Origin: Gemmatimonadales bacterium
Lineage (GTDB): Bacteria; Gemmatimonadota; Gemmatimonadetes; Gemmatimonadales; GWC2-71-9
Assembly (NCBI GenBank): GCA_041615815.1
Contig: JBFJCP010000011.1
Location: 1 to 64,000, forward strand
Direction of reading: 5' to 3'
DNA length: 64,000 bases
Shown here: positions 48,099 through 58,618 of the stretch, piece after piece
Layout of the letters: every line of letters begins with the position of its first letter
Numbering within the stretch: the stretch's first letter is position 1
Position numbers and translations under genes: made by a program
Notes under the pieces: model-generated
Told to the model about the DNA's origin: nothing
Databases searched by the model: none
What the model saw: only the letters and a program-made list of their open reading frames with translations

Positions 48099-49877
48099 GT
48101 GAAGTCCCGCAACCTTTCTTGGGTCATCCTCGCGGCCGCAATCGCGCTGCTGGCGGTGGCGTACGATCTGGACGGCTATCCGCTGCTGGACCCCGATGAG
48201 GGGCGAAACGCAGAGGTTGCCCGCGAGATGGCCGCCGGCAACGACTATGTCCTGCCTCGTCTCAATGGTCTCCCATATCTCGACAAACCAGCACTGTTCT
48301 TCGCCGTGGAAGCCGCGCTGATGGAGGTCATGGGACCGACGGTGCTCGCCGCGCGTCTCCCCTCCCTCATCTTCACGCTGGCCACCCTCATCGTCGTAGC
48401 CTGGTTCGGGAAGCGACATATTGGTCTCGACGGCGGCCTGGTAGCGGCCGTCGCGACGGCCACCACTCCATTTACGCTCGCGTACGCCCGCACGGTCATC
48501 TTCGACAGCACCCTGACGTTTTTCATGACGGTGGCGATCGTTGGCTTCTATGAAGCCGTCGGACGGATGGAAGGGCAGAAAGACGGAGAGCTGAAAGTGG
48601 GACGCGACGACCCTTCTGTCCCTCCCACCTTCCAACCGTCACCCGGAAATGAGGCGGGGAGTCGGGGAACCTACTGGTCCGCCATCGCCTGGGCCGCGGT
48701 GGCGCTTGGCGTTCTGACCAAGGGTCCCGTGGCCCTGGCGTTACCTCTGATGATCGGATTGCCATTCGCGATCTCACGACGGGCGTCCCGAGCCGTCGCC
48801 GACCCCATCGGCATCCTGCTGTTCGCCGTCATCCTGATGCCATGGCTCATCGCCATGTCCCGGCGCATCCCTGAATTTCTCGAGTATGCCCTCGTCACGG
48901 AAACGTTGGTGCGTCTCACGACACCCGCACTCGGGCGAAGTGAGCCGTGGTGGTATTTCCTCCTGATTCTTCCCGCCGCCGCGCTTCCATGGACCGTAGT
49001 CGTGCTGAGCGGATGGCGAGCGATCCGCGATCGCATAAAGCAACGGGATGCCCTCGTCACACTGCTCACGATCTGGATCGCGGTACCCCTGATCTTTTTC
49101 TCTCTGTCGAATTCGAAACGCCCGCAGTACATCCTGCCGCTGATTCCAGCCATCGGGTTGCTGGTTGGGCTCCTCGCTGCCAAACACAAGGGCCGTTTCC
49201 CGGGGGCGCGTGCCGCCGGAGCCTTCTTGTGCGTGCTCGGCGCCGGACTGATTGGCGCGCACCGGTGGATCCCCGCAATGGTCGCGGCTACCCCCGCAAT
49301 CGCCACCACCATCCCGCAGACGGCCGTAGCGCTCGGACTCATCTGCGTGGCCTGTGGGACGGGGGCGTGGTGGTTCGCAGCCGAGCGCATGCGAGTAGTC
49401 CTCATCCTGTGTCTTCCCGTAGCGTGCATTCCTTTTATCAGTCGCGCCTTGATGGACGAAATCGGTGTGGAGCGATCAGCGCAGCCAGTGGCCGAGGCCG
49501 TCGGTCCACTCGTCACACCCGCCAGCGAAATCGTCGCGATCGAAGCCTTTCCTCTCTCTCTCCCCTTTTATCTGCGCCGCACACTCACCGTGGCCACTCA
49601 CGATGCCCGTGTCATGACGAGTAATTACCTCATGCGCCATCACGAGCGGTGGAGACGCGAGTCCGGCACGACCCTGCGCCCGGGAGACTGGTGGTTGGAG
49701 GCGCTCGCTGAGTGCCCCCGACCCACACTCTTCATCGTTCAGAGTGCTGACCGCCGAGCCCGGCCCTTGCTGGACAGTCGGCTCGAGCTGCTGATCGACA
49801 CGGGCCGATACGCCGCCTACGGACCGTGCGGGTCCAGCGGCCTCGCGTCTCGACCGCCGCTCCCTGGAATCGAGTAA
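48099..49877 (+). CDS. ArnT/PMT-like glycosyltransferase (GT-C fold, family 39/83)
   Basis: DPDEGRNAEVAREM, P.LNG.PYLDKP, ARLPS, LTKGP, PWWYF, FFS.S.SKRPQYILP. Confidence 0.9.
   Translation: MKSRNLSWVILAAAIALLAVAYDLDGYPLLDPDEGRNAEVAREMAAGNDYVLPRLNGLPYLDKPALFFAVEAALMEVMGPTVLAARLPSLIFTLATLIVVAWFGKRHIGLDGGLVAAVATATTPFTLAYARTVIFDSTLTFFMTVAIVGFYEAVGRMEGQKDGELKVGRDDPSVPPTFQPSPGNEAGSRGTYWSAIAWAAVALGVLTKGPVALALPLMIGLPFAISRRASRAVADPIGILLFAVILMPWLIAMSRRIPEFLEYALVTETLVRLTTPALGRSEPWWYFLLILPAAALPWTVVVLSGWRAIRDRIKQRDALVTLLTIWIAVPLIFFSLSNSKRPQYILPLIPAIGLLVGLLAAKHKGRFPGARAAGAFLCVLGAGLIGAHRWIPAMVAATPAIATTIPQTAVALGLICVACGTGAWWFAAERMRVVLILCLPVACIPFISRALMDEIGVERSAQPVAEAVGPLVTPASEIVAIEAFPLSLPFYLRRTLTVATHDARVMTSNYLMRHHERWRRESGTTLRPGDWWLEALAECPRPTLFIVQSADRRARPLLDSRLELLIDTGRYAAYGPCGSSGLASRPPLPGIE
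48562..48640. repeat. Imperfect palindromic short-period repeat inside the ArnT-like CDS
   Basis: Left arm GACGGATGGAAGGGCAGAAAGACGGAGAG; reverse complement of right arm GACGGTTGGAAGGTGGGAGGGACAGAAGG. Confidence 0.65.
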
Positions 49878-51730
49878 TGTGCGGAATCTTTGGCGCCGTT
49901 CGGGTCGACTCCCACCCGCTCTGCGATCCCACGCTGGTCTCTCAGATGGGTGTCACCGTCAAGCATCGGGGCCCCGATGGGCAGGGTCTGTTCGAGAGTC
50001 AAACGGCGATCCTCGGCGCCACGCGACTGCGGGTCCGCGACCTGAGGGCAGCGGGAGACCAGCCATTCTCGGATCCGACGGGACGGTATTGGCTCGCGTG
50101 TAACGGAGAGATCTACGACGCGGCCCGCTGGCGAGCTCGGTATCCCGACTACCCGTATCGTACACGATCGGATATCGAGCCCCTGCTCGCGGCGATCCAC
50201 CATCGGGGCCTGAGAGTCCTGACGGACATCGACGGCATGTTCGCCATCGCCCTTTGGGATCGGCACGAGGAACGCCTCACGCTCGTCCGAGACCGAGCCG
50301 GCGAGAAGCCTCTCTTCTACGCGCAGCTTGGAGGCGAAGTCTGGTTCGCCTCCGAGATCCAGGCACTCCTCCGGCACCCCCGAGTCTCGCACGAGCTCGA
50401 TCCGGCGGGCCTCGATGACTTGTTCACCATCGGGTACATCCTCGAGCCCCGCTCACCCTTCACCGCCATCCGGAGAATCCCCGCGGGTACCATCGTCAAC
50501 TTCGCTGCTGCGGGAATCGAAGAAATCCGGTTCTGGAATCCGGTGGCTCAGGCAAAGGCTCCGGAGCGAAGGCGAGACCCGATACGGCAGCTCGACCGTC
50601 TGCTCCAGCGAGCCGTCGCCCGACAGCTCGTGGCGGACGTCCCGATGGGGGTATTCGTCAGCGGTGGGGTCGACTCGTCGCTGTTGGCAGCCATGGCGGT
50701 GAAGACCCTGGGTCCTTCGCGAGTCGCCATGTTTTCGGTGGGATTCTCCGCAAAATCGTTTGACGAAAGTGCGCATGCCCAGCGGCTCAGCCGGCATCTC
50801 GGCACGACGTGCCACGTGGTGCGGGCCGATGAAGACGACCTCCGCACCGCGTTGGACGCGGTGACGGCATCGGTGGCGGAGCCCATCACCGATCCTGCCG
50901 TCCTGCCAACGTTTCTCTTGGCGCGAATGGCGCGCCACCACGTGACTACCGTGCTCAGCGGTGAGGGAGCGGATGAGCTATTCGGAGGCTATCCCACCTA
51001 TTTGGGACATCGCTACGGCGCGCGGTACGCCGCGGCGCCTCCCCTCTTGCGGCAAGCACTCACACAGGTGAGCAAACTCTTGCCGGTGTCGCACGGCAAG
51101 GTACCGGTCAGTTGGATGTTACGACGCTTTCTCGCCGCTGACGCCCAACCCTGGCACGAGCGGCACGTCACCTGGTTCGGAACCGGGCTCCGGACCAGTC
51201 AGGAGATCGGGCTCTGGCTTCAGCGGCGCGCCCGATTCTGGGAAGGGCTGCCCGACGACCCCGTCTCGGCGGCCACGCTCTTCGACTACCAGACGTACCT
51301 TCGGGATGGTTTACTGGTGAAATTGGATCGAGCGACCATGCTCAATTCGCTCGAGGCTCGAGCTCCATATCTGGATCGGTCGGTCACGCGGTTCGCGCTG
51401 GGATTGCCGTCGGAGCTCAAGGTCCGGAGCCTGACAACCAAGTGGCTTCTCAAGCAGGTTGCCAGTCGGTGGTTACCGGCTCGCCATGTACACCGGCGGA
51501 AGCGGGGATTGAGTGTTCCCATAAGCAGTTGGTTGAACGGAGGCCTCCGTGGAGAGGTCGATCGATTGCTGGCGCCAACGCAGCTCCCGGAAGCAAGTGG
51601 CTTGCGGCCGGAGCGGATCGCCGCCCTGGTGAGCCAGCACCGGCGCGCCGAGGCCGATCACGGCCGTGCCCTGTGGACCCTTTTGATCTTTCAACGCTGG
51701 TGCGAACGGTGGCTGGGAGGCCAACCATGA
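49877..51730 (+). CDS. asnB: Asparagine synthase (glutamine-hydrolysing) family amidotransferase
   Basis: MCGI N-terminal Ntn Cys, HRGPD, NGEIY, RDRAGEKPLFY, SGGVDSS, LSGEGADELFGGY, KLDRATM..SLEARAP. Confidence 0.92.
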   Translation: MCGIFGAVRVDSHPLCDPTLVSQMGVTVKHRGPDGQGLFESQTAILGATRLRVRDLRAAGDQPFSDPTGRYWLACNGEIYDAARWRARYPDYPYRTRSDIEPLLAAIHHRGLRVLTDIDGMFAIALWDRHEERLTLVRDRAGEKPLFYAQLGGEVWFASEIQALLRHPRVSHELDPAGLDDLFTIGYILEPRSPFTAIRRIPAGTIVNFAAAGIEEIRFWNPVAQAKAPERRRDPIRQLDRLLQRAVARQLVADVPMGVFVSGGVDSSLLAAMAVKTLGPSRVAMFSVGFSAKSFDESAHAQRLSRHLGTTCHVVRADEDDLRTALDAVTASVAEPITDPAVLPTFLLARMARHHVTTVLSGEGADELFGGYPTYLGHRYGARYAAAPPLLRQALTQVSKLLPVSHGKVPVSWMLRRFLAADAQPWHERHVTWFGTGLRTSQEIGLWLQRRARFWEGLPDDPVSAATLFDYQTYLRDGLLVKLDRATMLNSLEARAPYLDRSVTRFALGLPSELKVRSLTTKWLLKQVASRWLPARHVHRRKRGLSVPISSWLNGGLRGEVDRLLAPTQLPEASGLRPERIAALVSQHRRAEADHGRALWTLLIFQRWCERWLGGQP

Positions 51731-52296
51731 ATCGCGACGAAGCTCTGACGCTCATGCACGAGTACACCGAATCCGACGCGCTGCGAAAACACATGTACGC
51801 GGTGGAAGCGGCCATGCGCGCGTATGCGGAGAAGTACGAGCAGGACGAAGAGACGTGGGGCGTGGTAGGTCTGCTGCACGACTTCGATTACGAGCGGTAT
51901 CCCAATCAGGAGCATGACCCGACGGAGGGCCATCCGTCGTTTGGTGTCCGCCTGCTCCGAGAACGGGGAGTACCCGAGCCAATGTGCGAAGCGATTCTGG
52001 GACATGCCAGCTACACCGGGATACCACGGGAATCGCTCCTGGCCAAAACGCTGTTTGCCGTAGACGAGCTGTGCGGTTTCCTGGTAGCCTGCGCACTCGT
52101 CCGCCCATCCAAGAGTCTGCAAGACCTCGGGGTCAAAAGCGTAAAAAAGAAACTCAAGGACAAGGCCTTCGCGCGCGGTGTCAATCGCCAGGAGGTGCTC
52201 GAAGGAGCCGAGGAACTAGGCGTGCCGCTGGACCAGCACATTCAGTTTGTCATCCAGGCCTTGCGACCGGTGGAAGGGGAGCTCGGGCTGGGCTGA
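51727..52296 (+). CDS. HDIG/HD domain metal-dependent phosphohydrolase
   Basis: LRKHMYAVE, GLLHDFDYE, AILGHA, LFAVDELCG, KKKLKDKAFARGVNR. Confidence 0.9.
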   Translation: MNRDEALTLMHEYTESDALRKHMYAVEAAMRAYAEKYEQDEETWGVVGLLHDFDYERYPNQEHDPTEGHPSFGVRLLRERGVPEPMCEAILGHASYTGIPRESLLAKTLFAVDELCGFLVACALVRPSKSLQDLGVKSVKKKLKDKAFARGVNRQEVLEGAEELGVPLDQHIQFVIQALRPVEGELGLG

Positions 52297-52298
52297 TC

Positions 52299-53708
52299 GT
52301 GCATAACAACGCGGGGACGAGTCTACCGGGCGACCGCGGGCCGGTTCAGCGAGCGCTCGATCGTACCTCCGGGGGCCGCAACATCCCCGGGAATCGAATC
52401 ACGCACCTCGCCGACGGGCCCGAGACGTTGGCGCAGATGGTACAGTTCATCGAGAGCGCCAGCCGGTGGGTTCACTTTGAGAATTACATCATCCGCAGTG
52501 ATCGCACTGGACACACATTCGGGGATGCGTTTATCGACGCTGCCAATCGGGGTGTGGCGGTTCATGTCTTGTACGACCCCCTGGGATCACGGGGGACGAG
52601 CCGCGGATTCTGGAAGCGCCTGCGCAAGGCAGGCGTGAAGGTCCGACCGTTCAACCGTCTCAATCCGTTCCGTCCGATCCGCTCGGTCCGGCGAAATCAC
52701 CGAAAACTCGTGTCGGTGGACGGACAACGAGCCGTGGTGGGCGGTCTTTGTATCGGTGACGAATGGGCCGGCCGTCCCACCCGCGGGATCCCGCCGTGGC
52801 GGGATACCGCGGTGGCGCTCGAGGGTCCCGTGGTGCCGGCCCTCGACGCCACGTTCGCCCGGCGGTGGGGGCAGACAGGCGGCCCGCTCCCCGAGGGAGC
52901 GGGCACCGGCGCCGGTCCATGCGGGCCCGCCGCCGCTCGAGTTGTCGACGGCATTCCGGGGAAACTGCGCCTGTTTCGCACGCTCGAGCTGTTGATCGCC
53001 GGTGTCGCGGACCGCCTTTGGATCACGGACGCTTATCTTGTTGCTCCCAGCCCGCTCTACGCTGGCCTTCTGGCCGCTGCGCGCGACGGCGTGGACGTAC
53101 GACTGTTGGTTCCGGGCCGCACCGACATCCCCGCCATCCGCGCCCTGACACGCGTGGGATACCGCGAGCTGCTCGAAGGCGGGGTGCGGATCTGGGAATC
53201 CCACGGACCGATGCTGCATGCCAAGACCGTCGTCGTGGATGGCACGTGGTTCAAGGTGGGGTCCACCAATCTCAATCCATCCAGTTTCCTGAGCAATCAC
53301 GAGCTCGATCTGCTGATCGAAGACTCGGAAGTCACCACCGCCGCGGCCCAGCAATTCCGACGGGATCTGGCCGACGCCGCAGAGATCGTTTTGCGAATGC
53401 GCCGCGGACCCGCGCGCATCACTCACCGCCTACCACCCACCCTGGAGCCGGCGGACGACGCGCCGCCGGTCCGCGGACCTGCTACTGGCCGAGAGCTCAC
53501 CCGTCGGGCCGTCATGACCCTGGGCCAGGTCGCCGATGGCGCCCGGCGCTCCATCGGGGGGGCGTTGGTCTTCGCCTCGGTGGGGACCGGCGTACTGTTC
53601 GCTGCGCTGCCGCGCGTGATGGGCTACGCCATCGCGGTGATCTCTTTTGCGCTGGGGGCCGGAGCGGCGTGGAATTTTTTCCGGCGTCGGGCGTATCGTC
53701 GCAGCTGA
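52299..53708 (+). CDS. Cardiolipin synthase / phospholipase D family protein
   Basis: Two HKD motifs (HRKLVSVDG, HAKTVVVDG), WRDT, GSTNLN; C-terminal TM pair. Confidence 0.9.
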   Translation: MHNNAGTSLPGDRGPVQRALDRTSGGRNIPGNRITHLADGPETLAQMVQFIESASRWVHFENYIIRSDRTGHTFGDAFIDAANRGVAVHVLYDPLGSRGTSRGFWKRLRKAGVKVRPFNRLNPFRPIRSVRRNHRKLVSVDGQRAVVGGLCIGDEWAGRPTRGIPPWRDTAVALEGPVVPALDATFARRWGQTGGPLPEGAGTGAGPCGPAAARVVDGIPGKLRLFRTLELLIAGVADRLWITDAYLVAPSPLYAGLLAAARDGVDVRLLVPGRTDIPAIRALTRVGYRELLEGGVRIWESHGPMLHAKTVVVDGTWFKVGSTNLNPSSFLSNHELDLLIEDSEVTTAAAQQFRRDLADAAEIVLRMRRGPARITHRLPPTLEPADDAPPVRGPATGRELTRRAVMTLGQVADGARRSIGGALVFASVGTGVLFAALPRVMGYAIAVISFALGAGAAWNFFRRRAYRRS

Positions 53709-53710
53709 TC

Positions 53711-53737
53711 TCAACGTTTCCTGGAGCCCGTGCGTAA
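53711..53737 (+). promoter_or_regulatory. Putative ECF-sigma promoter (autoregulatory)
   Basis: TCAAC (AAC 53713-53715), 17 nt, CGTAA (53733-53737), ending 7 nt before the sigma ATG. Confidence 0.6.
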
Positions 53738-53744
53738 GAATCGT

Positions 53745-54296
53745 ATGGAGGATGGGGAGCTCGCCGCGCTGGCCCAGGCGGGCGACCGAGAGGCATTCGG
53801 TGAGTTGGTGCACCGGTATGCCGCCCCCGCCCGCCGTCTGACGCGCGCGGTCCTCCGGAACGACGCGGATGCGGACGACGCGGCGCAAGACGGGTTTCTC
53901 GCAGCACTCCGGACGATCGGCCGCTACGATCCCACGCGCCCATTCGGACCGTGGCTCATGCGAATCGTCGCCAACGCGGCGGCGGATCGCCGTCGGCGGC
54001 GACGAGTGCGCGAAACCGAGGCGCTGACCCCGAGCCTCGCCTCGCCGGCTGCGTCGCCGGACGAAGAGGCTCACCGGGAGGGGCTGAGGAGCGCGCTGCG
54101 GGAGGCCCTGGCCACGCTGCCGGAGCGTCAGCGGCTCGCGATCGTGTTCTTCGACGTCGAGGGGTACAGCCATGCGGAGATCGCAGAAGTGCTTGGTGTA
54201 CCGGCCGGGACCGTGCGATCCGACGTGTTTCATGCCCGCCGAGCGTTACGACCGGCGCTCGAAGCGTGGCGAAATCGGACCGAGGAGGCCACATGA
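53745..54296 (+). CDS. ECF RNA polymerase sigma factor
   Basis: GDREAFGELV.RY, DADDAAQD.F, F.PWL.RI..N, LPERQR, GYSHAEIAEVLG.P.GTVRS. Confidence 0.95.
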   Translation: MEDGELAALAQAGDREAFGELVHRYAAPARRLTRAVLRNDADADDAAQDGFLAALRTIGRYDPTRPFGPWLMRIVANAAADRRRRRRVRETEALTPSLASPAASPDEEAHREGLRSALREALATLPERQRLAIVFFDVEGYSHAEIAEVLGVPAGTVRSDVFHARRALRPALEAWRNRTEEAT

Positions 54297-54655
54297 ATGA
54301 TCGGTCTGCATTCGATCATCGGCCCGACCCTGAGTTGGGGCCTGCGCTTCGGGCGCTGCTGACCGCCGAGGACGACGCGGCCTTCGTGTCGAGGGTCGTA
54401 GAGGCGGCCGCGCTCCAGGAGAGCGGCCGCTGGTGGGAAGTCCTCGGGTCCTGGGCTGCACCGGGCTTCGCCGCCGCCCTTGTCCTGGCGGCCGTCTCCG
54501 CCTGGTTTGCCGTCACGGCTGGTGCCAACGGTGACTCGCCTTTGGGTGATCCCTTGGCCGCCGCCAGTGAGGCCGCGGCCGTCCCGGCGTACCTCATATC
54601 GGCTGACGTCCCCGATGTCGACGCCGTGATGACCGCCCTCTTCGAAGATCAGTAA
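54293..54655 (+). CDS. Small single-TM protein, putative anti-sigma factor
   Basis: GAGGAGG SD, ATGA overlap with the sigma gene, FVSRV motif then one TM helix. Confidence 0.6.
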   Translation: MNDRSAFDHRPDPELGPALRALLTAEDDAAFVSRVVEAAALQESGRWWEVLGSWAAPGFAAALVLAAVSAWFAVTAGANGDSPLGDPLAAASEAAAVPAYLISADVPDVDAVMTALFEDQ

Positions 54656-54692
54656 AAAAACCGAATAGCAACGCTGGAAGGGAAGCGATAGC

Positions 54693-55091
54693 ATGTTGAA
54701 TCGATCCAAGCTGTGGGCTGCCGCGCTGCTCTTCGCCGTATTCGCGGCGGGAATCGCCGTCGGCGGGGCCGCATCGGCTGCGTGGGGAGACCCCCGAGGC
54801 AGTGAGGCCACCGATGGCCGGCGGGGGCGCTACGCGGAGCGGTTGCAGCAAGAGCTGGCACTGAGCCAGGAGCAGCGCGACTCGGTGGATGCCATTCTCG
54901 CGCGGCGCAAGGCCGCCATGCGCGCACTCTGGAGCGAGATGGAGCCTCGCTTCGACTCCCTCCGCACCGCCATTCGCGCCGAGATCGCGACGCTGCTCGA
55001 TGCCGAGCAGACCGAAGCATACCGGGCCCTCATCGCCCGAAGCGACAGCGCGCATGCCCATCGGCATCACCGGGGGCGCAATGGTCGCTAG
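54693..55091 (+). CDS. Periplasmic Spy/CpxP or heavy-metal-sensor-like helical protein
   Basis: N-terminal TM (FAAGIAVG); L.LSQEQ and LDAEQ LTxxQ-like motifs; His-rich tail HAHRHH. Confidence 0.7.
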   Translation: MLNRSKLWAAALLFAVFAAGIAVGGAASAAWGDPRGSEATDGRRGRYAERLQQELALSQEQRDSVDAILARRKAAMRALWSEMEPRFDSLRTAIRAEIATLLDAEQTEAYRALIARSDSAHAHRHHRGRNGR

Positions 55092-56373
55092 GCAATGGCT
55101 CGCAGCCGTGCTGTGCGCTGGAGCGCTCGCCGTCGCATCGGAGACGCTTCACGCTCAAGCGGAGACCGTGAGCCTCGACGATGCTGTAACAGCGGCCCTC
55201 CGTGCGCACCCGCAGGTGGTGCAGGCACGTGGCCAGCTGGACATTGCGGCCGCCTCTCGCCGATCTGCGGTGGGCGCCTGGCTGCCCACGATCAACGGGA
55301 CCTCCGGGTGGAGCCGCAACTCATCCAGCCGGTTCGACCCCAACACGCAACGGACCGTCAGCAGCGGGGCGGGTTCGACCTATTCCGCGGGATTCGACGC
55401 CCGGATGGAGCTGTTCGACGGGCTTCGACGAGTGGCCGACAATCGTGCCGCCAATGCCGATGTGGCCAGCGCCGACGCGGGGCTGATCAATCAGGAGTTT
55501 CAGGTCACACTGCAAACGAAGCAGGCCTTTTTCACCGCGCTCGCCGCCGATGAGCTGGTCCGAGTGGCCGAGACGCGCATCCAACGGGCGGAGGAGCAAC
55601 TCAAGATCTCCATGGACAAGTTGGCGGCCGGGAGCGCCACCCGGTCCGATACGCTCCGCGGCCGGGTCGAGCTGGGAAACGCACAGCTGCAACTCCTCAA
55701 TGCTCAGACGCAGCGGGCCACCGCGGAAGCCGACCTCGCCCGGTTGATGGGCAGGGACGGCCCCGTCCGCGCGGCGAGCGACCCCACGTTGTTCGACCGG
55801 GTATCGTTGGACACCGCTCAGCTGCGAGAAGAGGCGCTGGTCCAATCGCCCTCGATCGGTCAGGCGCTCGCCGACGCCCGGGCCGCAGACGCTCAGGTAG
55901 CGGCCTCCCGAGCGCAGTACTTCCCATCGGTCTCGGCATCGTTCTCGAACTCCTGGACAGGTGCAGCTCTCGACCAGCTCGGCAACACCTGGTCCGTTCG
56001 GGTGAACCTCTCGTGGCCGCTGTTCAACGGGTTCACACGGGAGACGAATCTCGCCCGCGCCTCGGCGAGTCAGGATGCCGCTCGTGCGCAAGCGGAGGAC
56101 GCACGCCGGCAGGTGAATGCGGACCTCACCCAGTACCTTTCCGCCGTGGCTTCGGCCCAGGCGCGAGTCGAGATCGCCCAGGCCAGCCGCGCCGCTGCCG
56201 ACGAAGATCTTCGGGTTCTCAGAGAGCGGTACCGTCTCGGCGCCGCCACGATCCTCGACGTCCTTACCTCACAGGTCAACCTGGATCAGGCAGAGGTCGA
56301 CATGGTCCAAGCGCGCCTCGATTATCTGGTAGCAAAGGCACAGATCGAGGCCTTGGTCGGGAGAGAGTTATGA
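55081..56373 (+). CDS. TolC family outer membrane efflux protein
   Basis: Signal peptide; [38 protein letters not shown]. Confidence 0.92.
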   Translation: MVARQWLAAVLCAGALAVASETLHAQAETVSLDDAVTAALRAHPQVVQARGQLDIAAASRRSAVGAWLPTINGTSGWSRNSSSRFDPNTQRTVSSGAGSTYSAGFDARMELFDGLRRVADNRAANADVASADAGLINQEFQVTLQTKQAFFTALAADELVRVAETRIQRAEEQLKISMDKLAAGSATRSDTLRGRVELGNAQLQLLNAQTQRATAEADLARLMGRDGPVRAASDPTLFDRVSLDTAQLREEALVQSPSIGQALADARAADAQVAASRAQYFPSVSASFSNSWTGAALDQLGNTWSVRVNLSWPLFNGFTRETNLARASASQDAARAQAEDARRQVNADLTQYLSAVASAQARVEIAQASRAAADEDLRVLRERYRLGAATILDVLTSQVNLDQAEVDMVQARLDYLVAKAQIEALVGREL

Positions 56374-57116
56374 CGAGCGCCGCCGAAATGGATTTTCGAA
56401 CCGGTGATATCCCAACGCCGGACATCATCATCCTCACCCATAAGCTCTCACGGGATTACGAGCTCGGGGCGGAGGTGGTGCACGCGCTGCGTGACGTGGA
56501 CCTCCAGATCCGGAGGAACGAGTTCGTGGCCATCATGGGGCCATCCGGATCCGGCAAGTCGACACTCATGAATTTGCTCGGCTGCCTCGATACCCCTACG
56601 GGTGGTGAGTACTGGCTCAACAGTCAAAAGGTCAGCGAACTCGATGACGATGAATTGGCCCGTATCCGAAACAAGGAAATCGGATTTGTATTCCAGACAT
56701 TCAATCTCCTCCCCCGCGCCACGGCGCTCCACAATGTGGAATTACCGTTGATCTATGCGGGGATCCCCGCCAAACAGCGGCGAGAGCGGGCCGCCGATGC
56801 CCTGAACCGGGTTGGGCTTGGCGACCGAATGGAGCACCGCCCCAACGAACTGTCCGGCGGTCAGCGGCAACGGGTCGCCATTGCCCGGGCGCTGGTGAAC
56901 AACCCCAGCATCCTCCTGGCAGACGAACCCACTGGAAACTTGGACAGCGTCACCAGCCAAGAGATCATGGAGGTGTTCGAGGCGCTCCACGGTCACGGAC
57001 ACACGATCATTCTGATCACGCACGAGCACGACATTGCTACCCACTCCCAACGCCAGGTTCACCTGCTGGACGGCAGGATCGAACGAGACATCTCTACTGC
57101 GAGCATCCAGGCATGA
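56370..57116 (+). CDS. MacB/LolD-type ABC transporter ATP-binding protein
   Basis: [48 protein letters not shown]. Confidence 0.96.
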   Translation: MTSAAEMDFRTGDIPTPDIIILTHKLSRDYELGAEVVHALRDVDLQIRRNEFVAIMGPSGSGKSTLMNLLGCLDTPTGGEYWLNSQKVSELDDDELARIRNKEIGFVFQTFNLLPRATALHNVELPLIYAGIPAKQRRERAADALNRVGLGDRMEHRPNELSGGQRQRVAIARALVNNPSILLADEPTGNLDSVTSQEIMEVFEALHGHGHTIILITHEHDIATHSQRQVHLLDGRIERDISTASIQA

Positions 57117-58618
57117 TTCATCGATATACGTACCGCGTCGCGTTTCCGGCCTTCGCCGTTGCCCTTGTGGCGTGTTCTGAACCACCGCCGCCACCCGTGT
57201 ATCAAGCGGTTCCCGTTGCCAGCCGCGACATCATCGTCTCGGTGAGCGCTGCCGGAACCGTAGAGCCGGTTACCACCGTCGACGTGAAGTCCAAGGCGTC
57301 CGGTGAGATCGTGGCTACCGCGGTCGAAACCGGCGACGTCGTGGATGCAGGAACGGTGTTGGTTCGGGTCGATCCCCGAACCCCGCGCAACGCCCTCGAC
57401 GAGGCGGAGGCCGACCTCGAGGTGGCGCAGGCACAATTGACCAATGCCGAGTCGCAGCTCCGCAGAGCGCAGGAGCTGTACGGGACGCAGTCGATTACCG
57501 AACAGGAGTTCGAGGCGGCGAATCTCCAAGCTGCCACGGCCAAGGCGCAGTTGGTTCGCGCCCAACGCTCCCTGGAAGACGCCCGGATCGCTTTCGAGGA
57601 CACCGAGGTGCGGGCCCCCATCCATGGCGTCGTCATCCAGAAGAGTGTCGAGGTGGGGACGGTCATCTCGTCCGCGACGCGGGAAGTGGGGGGTGGCACG
57701 GTGCTGCTCCAGATGGCGAACCTCGATACGGTCCAGGTCCGCACCCTGGTCGACGAAACCGATATCGGAAAGATCCAGCCAGGCCTCGACGTCACCATCA
57801 CTGTCGATGCGTACCCCAACCAGCCGTTCCGCGGCGCCGTGTTGAAAATCGAACCCCAGGCCACAGTGCAGCAAAACGTGACCATGTTCGCCGTGCTCAT
57901 TCGCATCGCAAACCGCCAGGGACTTCTGCGACCGGGGATGAACGCCGAAGTGGAAGTGCACGTCGGTTCTCGGCAAGATGTTCTCGCCATTCCGAACGCG
58001 GCGCTGCGCACGCAGCGTGACGTCGCGTCCGGCGCGCAGGTGCTGGGTCTCGATCCGGAAGTCGTCGATCAACAGATTGCGGCGGCCCGGGAGGGCGCCG
58101 GTGCGGCGTCTCTCGCCGGCTCGATGGCAGGGTCCGAGGAAGCCGGTCCGGAAACCATCACGTTCGGTGGTCGTACCGTTGAACTGCCGGAGGGCGTGAC
58201 CGCCGAGCAGGTCCAGAGCATCTTCGGCAAAATGCGCTCCGGTGGCGGCCCGCAGGCGCTGTCGCAAGAGGAGCGAGCCATCATGGCCCAGGTTCGCAAC
58301 GCCATGGGCGGAGGGAACGCGGGCCGAGGTGCGCGGCGTGCCCAGGGCGGCGGCAGCGACTACCTGTTTGGCGGCAATTACATCGTCTTCGTTCTGCGAA
58401 ACGGCGAACCGCAGGCGGTGCCCATTCGTACTGGCCTTACGGACCTCGACTATTCCGAGGTCGTCTCAGGCCTCTCCGAGAGTGATACCGTGTTGATTCT
58501 CCCCTCCGCCAGCCTCGTCGCGAGCCAGGCGGAATGGCAGGAGCGTATCCAACGGGTCCGCGGCGGTGGTCTTCCGGGCGTGCAGCGACAATCGTCGGGA
58601 TCCCAAGGAGGTCGGTGA
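57113..58618 (+). CDS. MacA-like efflux periplasmic adaptor subunit
   Basis: LVAC lipobox; [42 protein letters not shown]. Confidence 0.92.
   Translation: MIHRYTYRVAFPAFAVALVACSEPPPPPVYQAVPVASRDIIVSVSAAGTVEPVTTVDVKSKASGEIVATAVETGDVVDAGTVLVRVDPRTPRNALDEAEADLEVAQAQLTNAESQLRRAQELYGTQSITEQEFEAANLQAATAKAQLVRAQRSLEDARIAFEDTEVRAPIHGVVIQKSVEVGTVISSATREVGGGTVLLQMANLDTVQVRTLVDETDIGKIQPGLDVTITVDAYPNQPFRGAVLKIEPQATVQQNVTMFAVLIRIANRQGLLRPGMNAEVEVHVGSRQDVLAIPNAALRTQRDVASGAQVLGLDPEVVDQQIAAAREGAGAASLAGSMAGSEEAGPETITFGGRTVELPEGVTAEQVQSIFGKMRSGGGPQALSQEERAIMAQVRNAMGGGNAGRGARRAQGGGSDYLFGGNYIVFVLRNGEPQAVPIRTGLTDLDYSEVVSGLSESDTVLILPSASLVASQAEWQERIQRVRGGGLPGVQRQSSGSQGGR

Noticed and set aside
49877..51730. AsnB as a lasso-peptide cyclase
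   Set aside because: Intact N-terminal Cys glutaminase domain, and no precursor peptide, B protein or RRE gene nearby
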